Positions 38,763 to 48,236 of a DNA stretch of 49,284 bases are shown here, one piece after another. The translations under genes were made by a program, and so were the position numbers. Every line of letters starts with the position of its first letter. Position 1 is the first letter of the stretch. This DNA is from Promethearchaeota archaeon (GTDB lineage Archaea > Asgardarchaeota > Lokiarchaeia > Sigyniarchaeales > SOKP01). The notes beneath the pieces are model-generated. The model searched no databases, had not been told where the DNA came from, and saw only the letters and a program-made list of their open reading frames with translations. The stretch is taken from NCBI GenBank assembly GCA_004524535.1, contig SDNY01000009.1, positions 1-49,284 of the forward strand. Direction: 5' to 3'.

Positions 38763-39194
38763 ATGCCGAATATTTTAAATTATTCAATAATAGGATTACA
38801 AGATTTTAGTATTAGCTTTGAGAGTTATTGCCGACAGTGTGAAATTCAAAGACATTGTAAATATGGAAAAGAAGAACCATTTACTGTAAAAATTAATTGT
38901 AATGATTTAAATAGAGCTAAGGAAAAAATAAAACTCGAGCAGCTCCAAAAGCTTCAAAAGAAGGAGGATGTTTCCGTTCCTTATGAGGACCTTATTAAAA
39001 AAGTAAAGATCAACTTGCAAGGTATATTTTCTACAATATGGAAAGACAAAATTAAATCTCATAAGGAAGAAATTAGATGTTTAGATTCTCGAAAAGTTGA
39101 TTCAATGTTAGTAGGTCAACAGGGTCAAGATTGGTGGAGCGATTTTAACTCAACAATGAAAGTTATTAACGCAGAATGCGAAAAGATTCTTTAA
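38763..39194 (+). CDS. Hypothetical protein with Cys cluster (CxxC-x5-C-x13-C)
   Basis: YCRQCEIQRHCKYGKEEPFTVKINC; GAGTGAG upstream of the ATG. Confidence 0.7.
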   Translation: MPNILNYSIIGLQDFSISFESYCRQCEIQRHCKYGKEEPFTVKINCNDLNRAKEKIKLEQLQKLQKKEDVSVPYEDLIKKVKINLQGIFSTIWKDKIKSHKEEIRCLDSRKVDSMLVGQQGQDWWSDFNSTMKVINAECEKIL

Positions 39195-39295
39195 ATTACT
39201 ATTAAAACATATTTTGGTTAATTTAAATCTTAGTTTTCTAATTTCTCTGATTCAAAATATTTGTAGACTTTTAATAGTTTATTTTAAACATTTTA

Positions 39296-39922
39296 ATGAT
39301 GATTTTAAACTTCAATTTAGACAGCCATAAAAATATTGGTGTAGAAGTTTTAAGCGGATTAGAAAATTGGTGCAAGGAATTTAATGATTTTGCCTTAACT
39401 TTTTTTATTTTTTTAAAATATATTTTTGTTTTAATATTAATAACTATAGGGATATTGACCTTATTAAAATTAAAAGGAATTTACCTTCAAGTAAGAACTA
39501 AAGATTTGGAAAAAAAGGAAGATCGTCTAAAGTATCTTCGATTATTTATGGGTTGGACATATATTTTTTTAGGTCTTGGAATTTTATTTAACTATTTAAT
39601 ATATTTTTTAATATGGGTATTGGAACCATTACCAGATAGATTTATATTTAGATTTTTAAATTTTCACGGAAAAATTAATCCAGAGCATATTAATAGAATA
39701 AAAGATATTAATGCTTCGAAATATCCTCATGAAAAGTCAATTTATTATTGCATTGCTATTGCTTCTTTCATTTCCACTTTAGATTTAATTTTAAGTGTGT
39801 GGTATCTAATAAATAATAATCGTGTTATCAGTAAACCACGAGCTGTAATTATGAATTTAGTGGGGTCTGTTATGGGAGTAATAATGTTTGGAATAACAAC
39901 TTTCCTACCTTTTTTTCTATAA
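39296..39922 (+). CDS. Hypothetical four-TM membrane protein
   Basis: Four hydrophobic segments. Confidence 0.7.
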   Translation: MMILNFNLDSHKNIGVEVLSGLENWCKEFNDFALTFFIFLKYIFVLILITIGILTLLKLKGIYLQVRTKDLEKKEDRLKYLRLFMGWTYIFLGLGILFNYLIYFLIWVLEPLPDRFIFRFLNFHGKINPEHINRIKDINASKYPHEKSIYYCIAIASFISTLDLILSVWYLINNNRVISKPRAVIMNLVGSVMGVIMFGITTFLPFFL

Positions 39923-39985
39923 TTAGGAAAACATAGAGAAAGAATAATATTAGTGCCTTTCCAGATTCAGTTTCAATATTTATAA

Positions 39986-41503
39986 TTAGACTAAAGTACT
40001 AATAGGTTCTTCCATTTCAATATTATTCTCATCAAGGAATTTTATTAATTCGTTTCTTTGTTTCTTAAGAATTGATGTCTTAGCTAAAAATAATCCAAAT
40101 CCCTCTTTCTTATTTTTTTCATATTTGTACCGGTCAATTTCTAGATGTTTTTCCACAAATAGATTTATACTGTCTCTTAAAGACAAATGTGAGCTTGGTC
40201 TTATTGCAAATGCCCCTAGTTTTAGTGTTCTCATATCCTTCCACCATTCTGGAAAATATACTTTAGTCCCATATCTTTGATTAAGAATCTCTAATTTTTC
40301 ATAATTCGCTGTTTTTGCAAACAGGTGATATAATATTGGCACGAAATTAAATAAGTCATTATTGTCTTTCTCCGCAATGTTTGATAGATAAGTAAATGAT
40401 TCTTGAATTGTTTCTCTTGTTTCTCCTGGATGATTGGAAATTAGTCCGAATGAACATTTATATTCTAAATTTTTATGAATAGCGATAACATTTTCAAGTT
40501 GATTTAAAAAATTAGTAGGATTATGAGTCTTATTCATTATTCCCAATATTCTTTTAGAAAAAGTTTCCACTCCATAAAATTGAAACATCTTCTTTTTTTG
40601 AAGATTAGAAATCAATTGTTCATTGAGTATATCTATTCGGGTTTCAACAAAATGATGGATAACTTCCTCATCGACTTTATATAGATCAAGAAATTTATTT
40701 AGCCAATTTTTATTATAGCCGAAACAGGGATCGAGAAAACCATAATATTTGATGTCTTGATTAAGTCCATAATTTATTATCGTGTTTATTTCTTGGACTG
40801 CCCTTTTGGGAGTGTATGACCTCCATCGTTTAATTTTTTTACCCTTAGCAAGACTTTCTTCAATACAATAAGAACAGTTATGAGGGCACCCACGACTAAG
40901 CGATATACTTAGTCCCCTTGCTTGTGTCCTTATGTAATCTATATATTTGTCCAATAGTGTTATATCTAAAGGAGGGAGGTCGTCTAGCCTATTAAAGGGA
41001 GTTCCTTCTATAATTGTTGGAATCCTTTTTTTCTTTCTCTCGTTGGAAATCAAATGATATAGTGCACTCTCTCCCTCGCCAATAACGACATAATCAAAAG
41101 GAGAATTGGAATAAATAAAATCATTTGGACAGCTAGAGGCATGGTATCCTCCAGAAACTATTATTGATTCAGGAAAATTATGTTGAAGATATTCAGCAAT
41201 TAATTTCATTCCCAGATAATCAAAGGATATTCCAGAAATACAAATATAAGTTTTATTATCCAAGTTAAAGTCTAGTTTTGAAATAGCATTATCTAAAACT
41301 AAATGAATTTTTTTTAGATTATTAATTGAGAGAAAGTCGCCTGAAACATTATTTTCTGCAGGAAGATATATAACATCTGTAACAATATTATTAATTCTTG
41401 CATTTAAGTAATTTTCTAAATATATAAACCACATAAGAAGTTCGTTAGAGAGATTTTTTTTCACAAATTGAAATGGTTGGATAAAGAGGACTTTTTTTGG
41501 CAT
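39986..41503 (-). CDS. B12-binding domain radical SAM protein
   Basis: IVSGGYHAS, DYVVIGEGE, SRGCPHNCSYC, YGVETFS, PGET. Confidence 0.92.
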   Translation of the reverse strand: MPKKVLFIQPFQFVKKNLSNELLMWFIYLENYLNARINNIVTDVIYLPAENNVSGDFLSINNLKKIHLVLDNAISKLDFNLDNKTYICISGISFDYLGMKLIAEYLQHNFPESIIVSGGYHASSCPNDFIYSNSPFDYVVIGEGESALYHLISNERKKKRIPTIIEGTPFNRLDDLPPLDITLLDKYIDYIRTQARGLSISLSRGCPHNCSYCIEESLAKGKKIKRWRSYTPKRAVQEINTIINYGLNQDIKYYGFLDPCFGYNKNWLNKFLDLYKVDEEVIHHFVETRIDILNEQLISNLQKKKMFQFYGVETFSKRILGIMNKTHNPTNFLNQLENVIAIHKNLEYKCSFGLISNHPGETRETIQESFTYLSNIAEKDNNDLFNFVPILYHLFAKTANYEKLEILNQRYGTKVYFPEWWKDMRTLKLGAFAIRPSSHLSLRDSINLFVEKHLEIDRYKYEKNKKEGFGLFLAKTSILKKQRNELIKFLDENNIEMEEPISTLV

Positions 41504-41521
41504 ATACTTTTCTCACGAGAT

Positions 41522-43096
41522 TTATAGTCCTTCAGATATTTTACCTAATTTATCAAAATCTTTTTTAAATCCAATGAATTTTGGGAAGGAATAGAAAGAA
41601 TTTTTCAATTTTGTCTGAGTCCTAAATACGCTTTTAACAAAATCCTTTGTTGCCTTTAGACCTTGTTTGAATGATAAATTCTCACTTGGGTCGAGAATAC
41701 ATCCAAATCCAGGCTGGTCTGAATCGAATATTTTCCACCACTCTTTATAATAATATTTTGCTCCAAACATTTCTTCCCCTTTATCATAGATCTCATTACC
41801 AGTAAAAAGTTCAAATGGAAAGAATTCTAAATTAATTTTATATTTCTCCATTAAAGGAACAGCTCCATTATTTTTCTCAAAAAAGAAAGCCCATCTTTCA
41901 TTTAATGTTTTCTTGTCTGTTCCTGGTATTCCTAATAAATAAAAATATACAACTGCAATATCCATTTTATTAGAATACTTAATAATTTCCCTTGTCTTTT
42001 TTAAATAATTTTTTCCTCCATTATCAATTTGCAAAGCATTTTTTCCAGATATCTTCCCCATTCTGGTCAATAACTTTTTGGAAACCGATTCTAATCCAAG
42101 ACCAAGAATCATATTATATTTTTTATAATTATCTAAGTCTTTCAGAGTAGTAGTTTCCACACGATCAAAAACATTAATTCTAAAGTTTATTTTTTCAGAT
42201 AATTTCTCTAATTCTTCAAAAAATCTATCCCGCATACTTCTTTTAGGAAAGAACATTGAATCAATTATATGTAATTGCCTAATTTTTAGCCAATCTGTAT
42301 TGATAATTGATTTTAAATCTGCAATACAATTTTCTATGGACCTAGATCTTACTTTTTTACACGCTTTAGAATAATTTTCAGAAGGGAGGCAAAACTTACA
42401 ACGGAAAGCACAACCTCTTGTAAAACGAATGTAGAAGCTTCCAATTCCTTTAATAGCATTTTTATATTTTTTATACAATTCGAGATTAAGAGGTGGAAGC
42501 TCATCTAAGTTTTCTAAGCATTCTCCTTCTAAAATAATCGGATTTTCATTTAGATTTTTTCTACGCTTTATTGTTCCGCTTAATGAATTTTGAACAAAAT
42601 TAAAAAATGGGATCTCTCCTTCATCAATTATTATATAATCGAAAGGAGAGCAATTTTTTGGGTAAAAATTATCGAAATATGAAGGGATATTTTGAGAGTA
42701 AAAGTTTTTAGGAAAAATTGATGGATGAACGCCACCTACCACAATATCACACTCTGGATTAATAAAATGCTTTATCACGCTCGCAACCTCAACAGAATTA
42801 AGATATGCGAAATCTGAATAACATGAGATAGCTGCAATATCGAATTTGAAGCGTTCATAAATATTATATAAAAGTTCTTTTAGAGCGTTTCTATATTCAT
42901 CTATATTTGCCGGCCAATAATCAAGTTGAGGTTCTATCCTTAAATCAAGATATTCCTCTTGGATATCTCCATTTAATTCAGTTTTTTTTGAATTCAAATA
43001 ATTTGAGAATCTTATAAAAGGTTCAGTACAAATTTGAGGTGAGAAACAGAAAAATAAATAAGGGTGTATATAAAGAATTCTTTTTGTATTAGACAT
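41522..43096 (-). CDS. B12-binding domain radical SAM protein
   Basis: IVVGGVHPS, DYIIIDEGE, TRGCAFRCKFC, LGLESVS, GIPG; ATG at 43096 preferred over 43141. Confidence 0.92.
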   Translation of the reverse strand: MSNTKRILYIHPYLFFCFSPQICTEPFIRFSNYLNSKKTELNGDIQEEYLDLRIEPQLDYWPANIDEYRNALKELLYNIYERFKFDIAAISCYSDFAYLNSVEVASVIKHFINPECDIVVGGVHPSIFPKNFYSQNIPSYFDNFYPKNCSPFDYIIIDEGEIPFFNFVQNSLSGTIKRRKNLNENPIILEGECLENLDELPPLNLELYKKYKNAIKGIGSFYIRFTRGCAFRCKFCLPSENYSKACKKVRSRSIENCIADLKSIINTDWLKIRQLHIIDSMFFPKRSMRDRFFEELEKLSEKINFRINVFDRVETTTLKDLDNYKKYNMILGLGLESVSKKLLTRMGKISGKNALQIDNGGKNYLKKTREIIKYSNKMDIAVVYFYLLGIPGTDKKTLNERWAFFFEKNNGAVPLMEKYKINLEFFPFELFTGNEIYDKGEEMFGAKYYYKEWWKIFDSDQPGFGCILDPSENLSFKQGLKATKDFVKSVFRTQTKLKNSFYSFPKFIGFKKDFDKLGKISEGL

Positions 43097-43173
43097 TATA
43101 ACTTCTTTCTTTTTTTTTAACTTGAATCTAAGTATGTTCATAATTTAAAATACTGATATAAAAAGTCATAGAA

Positions 43174-43239
43174 AAATGAAATGGAAAACTTAAAAATGGA
43201 GTAGTTTAAATGGAAAAACTAGAATATAGTAAAAATGAA
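43174..43239 (+). repeat. Five short AAATG(G/A)A direct repeats in a divergent intergenic region
   Basis: Copies at 43174, 43179, 43194, 43208 and 43233. Confidence 0.4.
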
Positions 43240-43342
43240 ATTTTTTTTTAATAAAAAATATACTTTAGGTTAAAATCATAACAAAGAAAGGAGTATTCCT
43301 TTTTTTAGTGGATTAGCTATCTATTAATAAGTAAGGATTGGG

Positions 43343-44737
43343 ATGATTAAGCTTCAAAAACCAGTTAATGGGGAATTAGTAAGTCAAATTATTAGTTATT
43401 TAAAGAAGAAAGGAGAAATAAGAGCAACACTCCTTTCTAAATTAGAAAAACGATTTTGTGAATCTAAATCAGAGTTTAAAGTCAAAAAAGAGGATTTAAT
43501 TTCTTGTTTACTTTTTATGATGAATGAGAGAATAGTTGAGATTATAATTCCAGAACCTTTCCAAATTAATTGGGAGGAACGATTTTTAAAAAATCTTAAA
43601 TTTTTAAAGGACAGCGATTATCTTGTGAGGCAATTTTCGAATTTAAACGAAAACATATTTGATTCATATGAAAAAAATGCCTATTTTTTCGATTCAAGAT
43701 TATTAGATTTTAAAAATCGAGACGCTTCTTCGGAGGCCATAAAAAATTTAAAAGTTATAATTAAAAAAGTTCCTAAAATTAAGAGTAAGATAATTATTTA
43801 TTATCCTCCTAGTAGTAAACCATTAAATATTTATGAGACATTTGAGGGGAATTACAATATAGAATTTCTGGATTTTAAAGTAAATCCTGAATTTAATTTA
43901 AATCCTCTCCTTAAAATTGAAATTCCTTTAGACCAGCAAAAATCAGACTTGGCTATAATTCAGAGCTATAGAAAAAACTATATGTGTATGTATATCACAT
44001 TAATTGAATCGATTCATAAAGCTATTATGAATGTTCAAAAAAAAAAAGAAAAATCTAAAAATTATAATGAAATTCTAAAAGATCTAATTAGAAAATTCGG
44101 TTATTATTGTTATATGTATGTAAGGTCCGATTGGATTGATGTTAAACCTAATCCTTATAGATGGGAATCATTTTTCGAATTTTTTGACCTTCCTTTTAAA
44201 ATTATTGATCTTTCATTTAATAATATTAGATTTTATGGGAGAACATTTGAATTTTGGATAAGATTCAATTATTGTATATTTATTCAAAAAAAGTTTAAAA
44301 ATATTATATTAAAATTAAAAGAATTAGGATTTGAAGAGTTTGAGAAAGAGAATTACGGAGATTATATTGCAATAGGTATGGATCATGAAATCTATGAGGT
44401 ATGTCCTTCAATTGAATATTTTTACTTTTTGAATAAATATATTTTTTTTTATCATTTATTTTATTTATTTTTCCACTCTTTTCCCTATATTGAGAAATTA
44501 AAACCTCAAGTTAAGTTTTCCGAAAAAGAACAAAAACTTTACAGAATATTTTTACCAGTAATGGAATCTATGTTAAATGTTCAAGAGAAGAGAATTATTA
44601 AAAAACTGATATTTAATTATTATACTTTCAATCCTAATGAATTAGAGATAATATACCATAAATTCTTATTAGATGAAGTTAAATTTATAGAAAAAAAAAT
44701 GTTTAATTACTTTTTAATCAGATATAGTAAATGTTAA
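43343..44737 (+). CDS. Hypothetical protein, possible N-terminal winged helix
   Basis: 464-aa ORF; QIISYLKKKGEI...KEDLISCLLFMMNERIVEI looks wHTH-like; the remainder is F/Y/K rich and unrecognised. Confidence 0.65.
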   Translation: MIKLQKPVNGELVSQIISYLKKKGEIRATLLSKLEKRFCESKSEFKVKKEDLISCLLFMMNERIVEIIIPEPFQINWEERFLKNLKFLKDSDYLVRQFSNLNENIFDSYEKNAYFFDSRLLDFKNRDASSEAIKNLKVIIKKVPKIKSKIIIYYPPSSKPLNIYETFEGNYNIEFLDFKVNPEFNLNPLLKIEIPLDQQKSDLAIIQSYRKNYMCMYITLIESIHKAIMNVQKKKEKSKNYNEILKDLIRKFGYYCYMYVRSDWIDVKPNPYRWESFFEFFDLPFKIIDLSFNNIRFYGRTFEFWIRFNYCIFIQKKFKNIILKLKELGFEEFEKENYGDYIAIGMDHEIYEVCPSIEYFYFLNKYIFFYHLFYLFFHSFPYIEKLKPQVKFSEKEQKLYRIFLPVMESMLNVQEKRIIKKLIFNYYTFNPNELEIIYHKFLLDEVKFIEKKMFNYFLIRYSKC

Positions 44738-44759
44738 AATTGAATTTATTCTGATTAAG

Positions 44760-44801
44760 GATTCCCACAAGATTCCCTCAATTAATCGAAACATTTATAT
44801 A
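44760..44801 (+). promoter_or_regulatory. Putative tfb promoter: 11-bp tandem repeat + BRE + TATA
   Basis: GATTCCCACAA/GATTCCCTCAA (44760-44781), CGAAA (44787-44791), TTTATATA (44794-44801). Confidence 0.5.
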
Positions 44802-44959
44802 TTCAAATTTTATAATATATTTGCTACATGGGTTATGATTAGTTTCAGTCATTTATTAGTTTTTAATTCTTAGGTTACTAGGGTTAGCTTTAAAGCATTA
44901 TTTACGATGATTTGATATTATTAATAATTATTATTTGAACATTAAAAGAGGTTAATATA

Positions 44960-45847
44960 ATGGAAACAAAATCAGAAATAAATAGTTTATCAAATATATG
45001 TCCCGAATGCGGGGGCAAGATAATTTCACTTCAATCAAAGGGGGAGATTGTTTGTGGACAATGTGGTTTAGTGATAAGTGAACGACTATTAGATATTTAT
45101 CATAGTGGTAAAAGAGCGTTCACTAAACAAGAAAAAGAAAAGAGAGAAAGAACAGGATCTCCAATATCAATTTTATTACCAGACATGGGATTAAGTACAG
45201 TTATAGATAAAAATAATATTAAAAATCCTGATTTGAAAAGAGCGGCTAAATGGAATTCTCGAATGACATGGGATAAAAGAAATATGTTAATTGCTACAAC
45301 AGAATTAAAAAGAATTGGTAGTAATTTAAACCTTCCAGCTCACATTAAAAAGTCAGCTATACGGCTTTATAAAGAAGCATTTAAAAAGAAATTACTCAGA
45401 GGCAGATCTATTAATGGTATGGTAGCTGCGTGTTTATATTTTGCTTGTAGAGAGAAAAAAATCCCCAGAACACTTCAAGAAATTTTAGATGAAACGTCCG
45501 TAAATGCTAAAAATGTAAGAAGATGTTATAGAACTATAATTCGAGAATTAAATTTGAAAGTTCCCTCTACGGATCCAATTTCCCTTATTCCACGTTTTAT
45601 AGCAGAATTAAATTTAGATGCCGAAGTTGAAAAAACAACAATAAACATTTTACAAACGTTTATATCAAATTATTCTACAAGTGGTAAAGATCCTAAAGGT
45701 TTATGTGCTGGGGCTTTATATTTAGTTTGTAAAGTTCGTAATAAGAGAATTTCTCAAAAAGAAATTGCGAATTTAGTAGGAGTTACTGAAGTCACTCTTC
45801 GCTCTAGATATAAGGAATTAATAAAGAAACTAAATATTAGTATTTAA
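44960..45847 (+). CDS. tfb: Transcription initiation factor IIB
   Basis: Zn ribbon CPECGG...CGQCGLV, LLRGRS, PRTLQEI, GKDPKGL, SQKEIANLVGVTEVTLRSRYKEL. Confidence 0.96.
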   Translation: METKSEINSLSNICPECGGKIISLQSKGEIVCGQCGLVISERLLDIYHSGKRAFTKQEKEKRERTGSPISILLPDMGLSTVIDKNNIKNPDLKRAAKWNSRMTWDKRNMLIATTELKRIGSNLNLPAHIKKSAIRLYKEAFKKKLLRGRSINGMVAACLYFACREKKIPRTLQEILDETSVNAKNVRRCYRTIIRELNLKVPSTDPISLIPRFIAELNLDAEVEKTTINILQTFISNYSTSGKDPKGLCAGALYLVCKVRNKRISQKEIANLVGVTEVTLRSRYKELIKKLNISI

Positions 45848-45866
45848 AAAATTTATCTCCCTTTCC

Positions 45867-46448
45867 TTATTTTTCTTTTTGTATTAACAGTTTTAAAAAA
45901 TCAGGAAGTGTTAATAAATAACTTTGAGCATTTGGTAGCATTTTTATGATTTTAATAAATAATTGCGTATAATGATGAGCTCTTTCTTTTTGTTCTAAAA
46001 CATCATTTCGAGTTTGCTCTCGAATTGTTTCTACTGGTATACCCTTCATGACTGCTCGAGCAGGAATTATTAATCCTGGTGGAACTTGACTCTTATTTAA
46101 AATAACGGCTCCTTCTCCAATTGAACTTTCTTCAAAAATTATACTTCCTTCCATTATTTGAACATAATCTTCTAAGAATCCACCTAAGAGAGTAACACCT
46201 GACTCCAAGATGCAGTATCTCCCTATATGTATTGAACTTTTCTGTGAGCGTGTTAATAAAATAACGCCATCAAAAATAGTTGAGTATTCTCCTATATTAA
46301 TTTGAGCTTTCTCTGCTCGGAGGATTGATCCGGGCCAAACAACCACATTATCAGCAACAATGATATCTCCTATGAGCGTACTCATTGGACTCACATACGA
46401 TTGAGGACTAATTTTAGGTTTCTTTCCATTATATTCTATCAATACCAT
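45867..46448 (-). CDS. Gamma carbonic anhydrase-like hexapeptide-repeat protein lacking Zn ligands
   Basis: YNGKKPKI, LIGDI, VWPGSILRAE, INIGEYSTIFDG; the His ligand positions are occupied by L/E/L. Confidence 0.85.
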   Translation of the reverse strand: MVLIEYNGKKPKISPQSYVSPMSTLIGDIIVADNVVVWPGSILRAEKAQINIGEYSTIFDGVILLTRSQKSSIHIGRYCILESGVTLLGGFLEDYVQIMEGSIIFEESSIGEGAVILNKSQVPPGLIIPARAVMKGIPVETIREQTRNDVLEQKERAHHYTQLFIKIIKMLPNAQSYLLTLPDFLKLLIQKEK

Positions 46449-46523
46449 AATTTTATCATACGTTTTAAAAATTTAAATCTTTATTTTAAAGATCCTATTT
46501 CTATTTTTTACTCTTTTTTTAAA

Positions 46524-47345
46524 TTAACAAGTATGGAATGGATTTTTTGAGTCAAACCAAAAAAAATTATCATAAGGAAATTCTAAACTTAAATAGTTGT
46601 ATAAATTTTTCATAGCAATAATTTCAGGATTATAATGTGAAATCTCTATTAAGTTTAAACCTATATCCCTTGCAAATACACCCTCACAATATTTATAATT
46701 TTCAGTAATATAACAATTACATCCCTCTTTTACGCTTTTTTTTAAATATTCAATATTTTGAACGTCCCCTCCAACTATACAAATTTTTTTGATGATATTA
46801 TTTAAATCACCTACATATGAAATATTAGGTATATTTAAATTAATTTTTATCCGTTTAATTAAATCTTTCAATTTAAAAGGGGCTTTTTGATTTGGATATT
46901 TTTGTGGTAAACAGATACGCCCTAAGGGGATTTTAATATCTTTTCCATTTTTAATATCAAAAGTTCTGTCTAATTTTAAATATAACTTTTCCATGATTGT
47001 GTCTGAGATTCCTCCCTCTGCTGCTATAAATGAATAATCTAAAATGAAAATTGTAATTGGATATCTGGAGAGTAATGATAATTTATTAATCAAATTACTA
47101 TCAAATCTTTTTATAGTTTTATTAATTAAACCGTTATAAGAAATTATTAAATTAACTTTTTTTTTAATTGCGTAATGGATAGCCTCTAAACTTAGATCCA
47201 AAGTAATAACAACTTTTCTTATTAATTTATCTTCATTATTATCCCCGTATTGAATTCCATAAAGTTCAGGTCTTAAACTAAATGATTTTGGAGATAATTT
47301 CTTTTCCAATAAAGCTACGATTTCTTTAAGAAACATAAGACGCAT
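46524..47345 (-). CDS. Nif3/YbgI-like protein, degenerate metal site
   Basis: YGIQYG...KVVITLD...NLIISYNGL...IKKICIVGG...LIEISHYNPE. Confidence 0.85.
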   Translation of the reverse strand: MRLMFLKEIVALLEKKLSPKSFSLRPELYGIQYGDNNEDKLIRKVVITLDLSLEAIHYAIKKKVNLIISYNGLINKTIKRFDSNLINKLSLLSRYPITIFILDYSFIAAEGGISDTIMEKLYLKLDRTFDIKNGKDIKIPLGRICLPQKYPNQKAPFKLKDLIKRIKINLNIPNISYVGDLNNIIKKICIVGGDVQNIEYLKKSVKEGCNCYITENYKYCEGVFARDIGLNLIEISHYNPEIIAMKNLYNYLSLEFPYDNFFWFDSKNPFHTC

Positions 47346-47475
47346 TTTTTAAATAGAATAATACATATTAAATTGTTAAAATTAAATAAAGATAAAGTCT
47401 GTTTAAATTTTTAAATTTTAAATAGTAAATATTGAAAATAATCAATTGAAAAATGATTTTTTAAAGTGTTAAAAA

Positions 47476-47889
47476 ATGAATGTTGAAGATTGTATATTTT
47501 GTAAAATTGTGAAGAAAGAAATTCCATCTAAAATCCTATATGAAAATGAAAAGAATTTAGCATTCTTAGATATTTTTCCAATAAATGATGGTCATACCGT
47601 TGTTATTCCTAAAAATCATTATCAAAATATAGAGGACGCCCCTGAAGATGAAATTGTTGAACTTTTTAAAATTGTCAAAAATTTAGCAATTATGATTCAT
47701 AGCAAACTAAAGATTGATGGATATAATATACTCCAAAATAATTTTGAAGCGGCTGGCCAAGTAATAAAACATCTTCATGTTCATATTATTCCAAGAAACA
47801 AAACTGATGAAAAATTTAAGCTTAAAATTCCTAGAAATCAAGCATCTGAAAAAAAACTCGACAGAATTTTAAATCTTTTAAAAACTTAG
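47476..47889 (+). CDS. HIT family nucleotide hydrolase
   Basis: DCIFCKI, AFLDIFP, GHTVVIPK, AGQVIKHLHVHIIPR. Confidence 0.96.
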   Translation: MNVEDCIFCKIVKKEIPSKILYENEKNLAFLDIFPINDGHTVVIPKNHYQNIEDAPEDEIVELFKIVKNLAIMIHSKLKIDGYNILQNNFEAAGQVIKHLHVHIIPRNKTDEKFKLKIPRNQASEKKLDRILNLLKT

Positions 47890-47972
47890 TTTTTAATCAT
47901 TTCTGATTTTGCTTCTTTTTTACATAAAAATGATTTTAGTTTAAATATTTTAAAGTAAAAATTAGGTTAGTT

Positions 47973-48185
47973 ATGAGAATAATCGAGTTTTTAAAAAAAA
48001 TCGGAAGAAAGGTCAAAGAGTTTTTCAATGACGAATCAGGAGGAAATCTTGTAGAATATGCATTATTAATTGGATTTGCTTTATTTATTTTTTTTATTTT
48101 GGTAGGTGTAATAATTGGGATGTTAGATTGGACTATCGGCCAATCTGATAGTTTTCTTGAAGCATCTGAAGGACTAGGGGACTAA
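47973..48185 (+). CDS. Flp/Fap-type (type IVb/Tad) pilin-like protein
   Basis: FFNDESG|GNLVEYALL: Gly-1, Glu+5, Tyr+6, followed by a hydrophobic helix; 70 aa. Confidence 0.75.
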   Translation: MRIIEFLKKIGRKVKEFFNDESGGNLVEYALLIGFALFIFFILVGVIIGMLDWTIGQSDSFLEASEGLGD

Positions 48186-48236
48186 ATAGGAATTAAATAT
48201 ATCCCTGAAATCTTTGTATTGTTTTCTTTTATTATT

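Noticed and set aside
43176-43251. Micro-ORFs (MENLKME, MEKLEYSKNEIFF) as RiPP precursors for the rSAM pair
   Set aside because: Opposite strand to the enzymes, too short, and a by-product of the AAATGG repeats.
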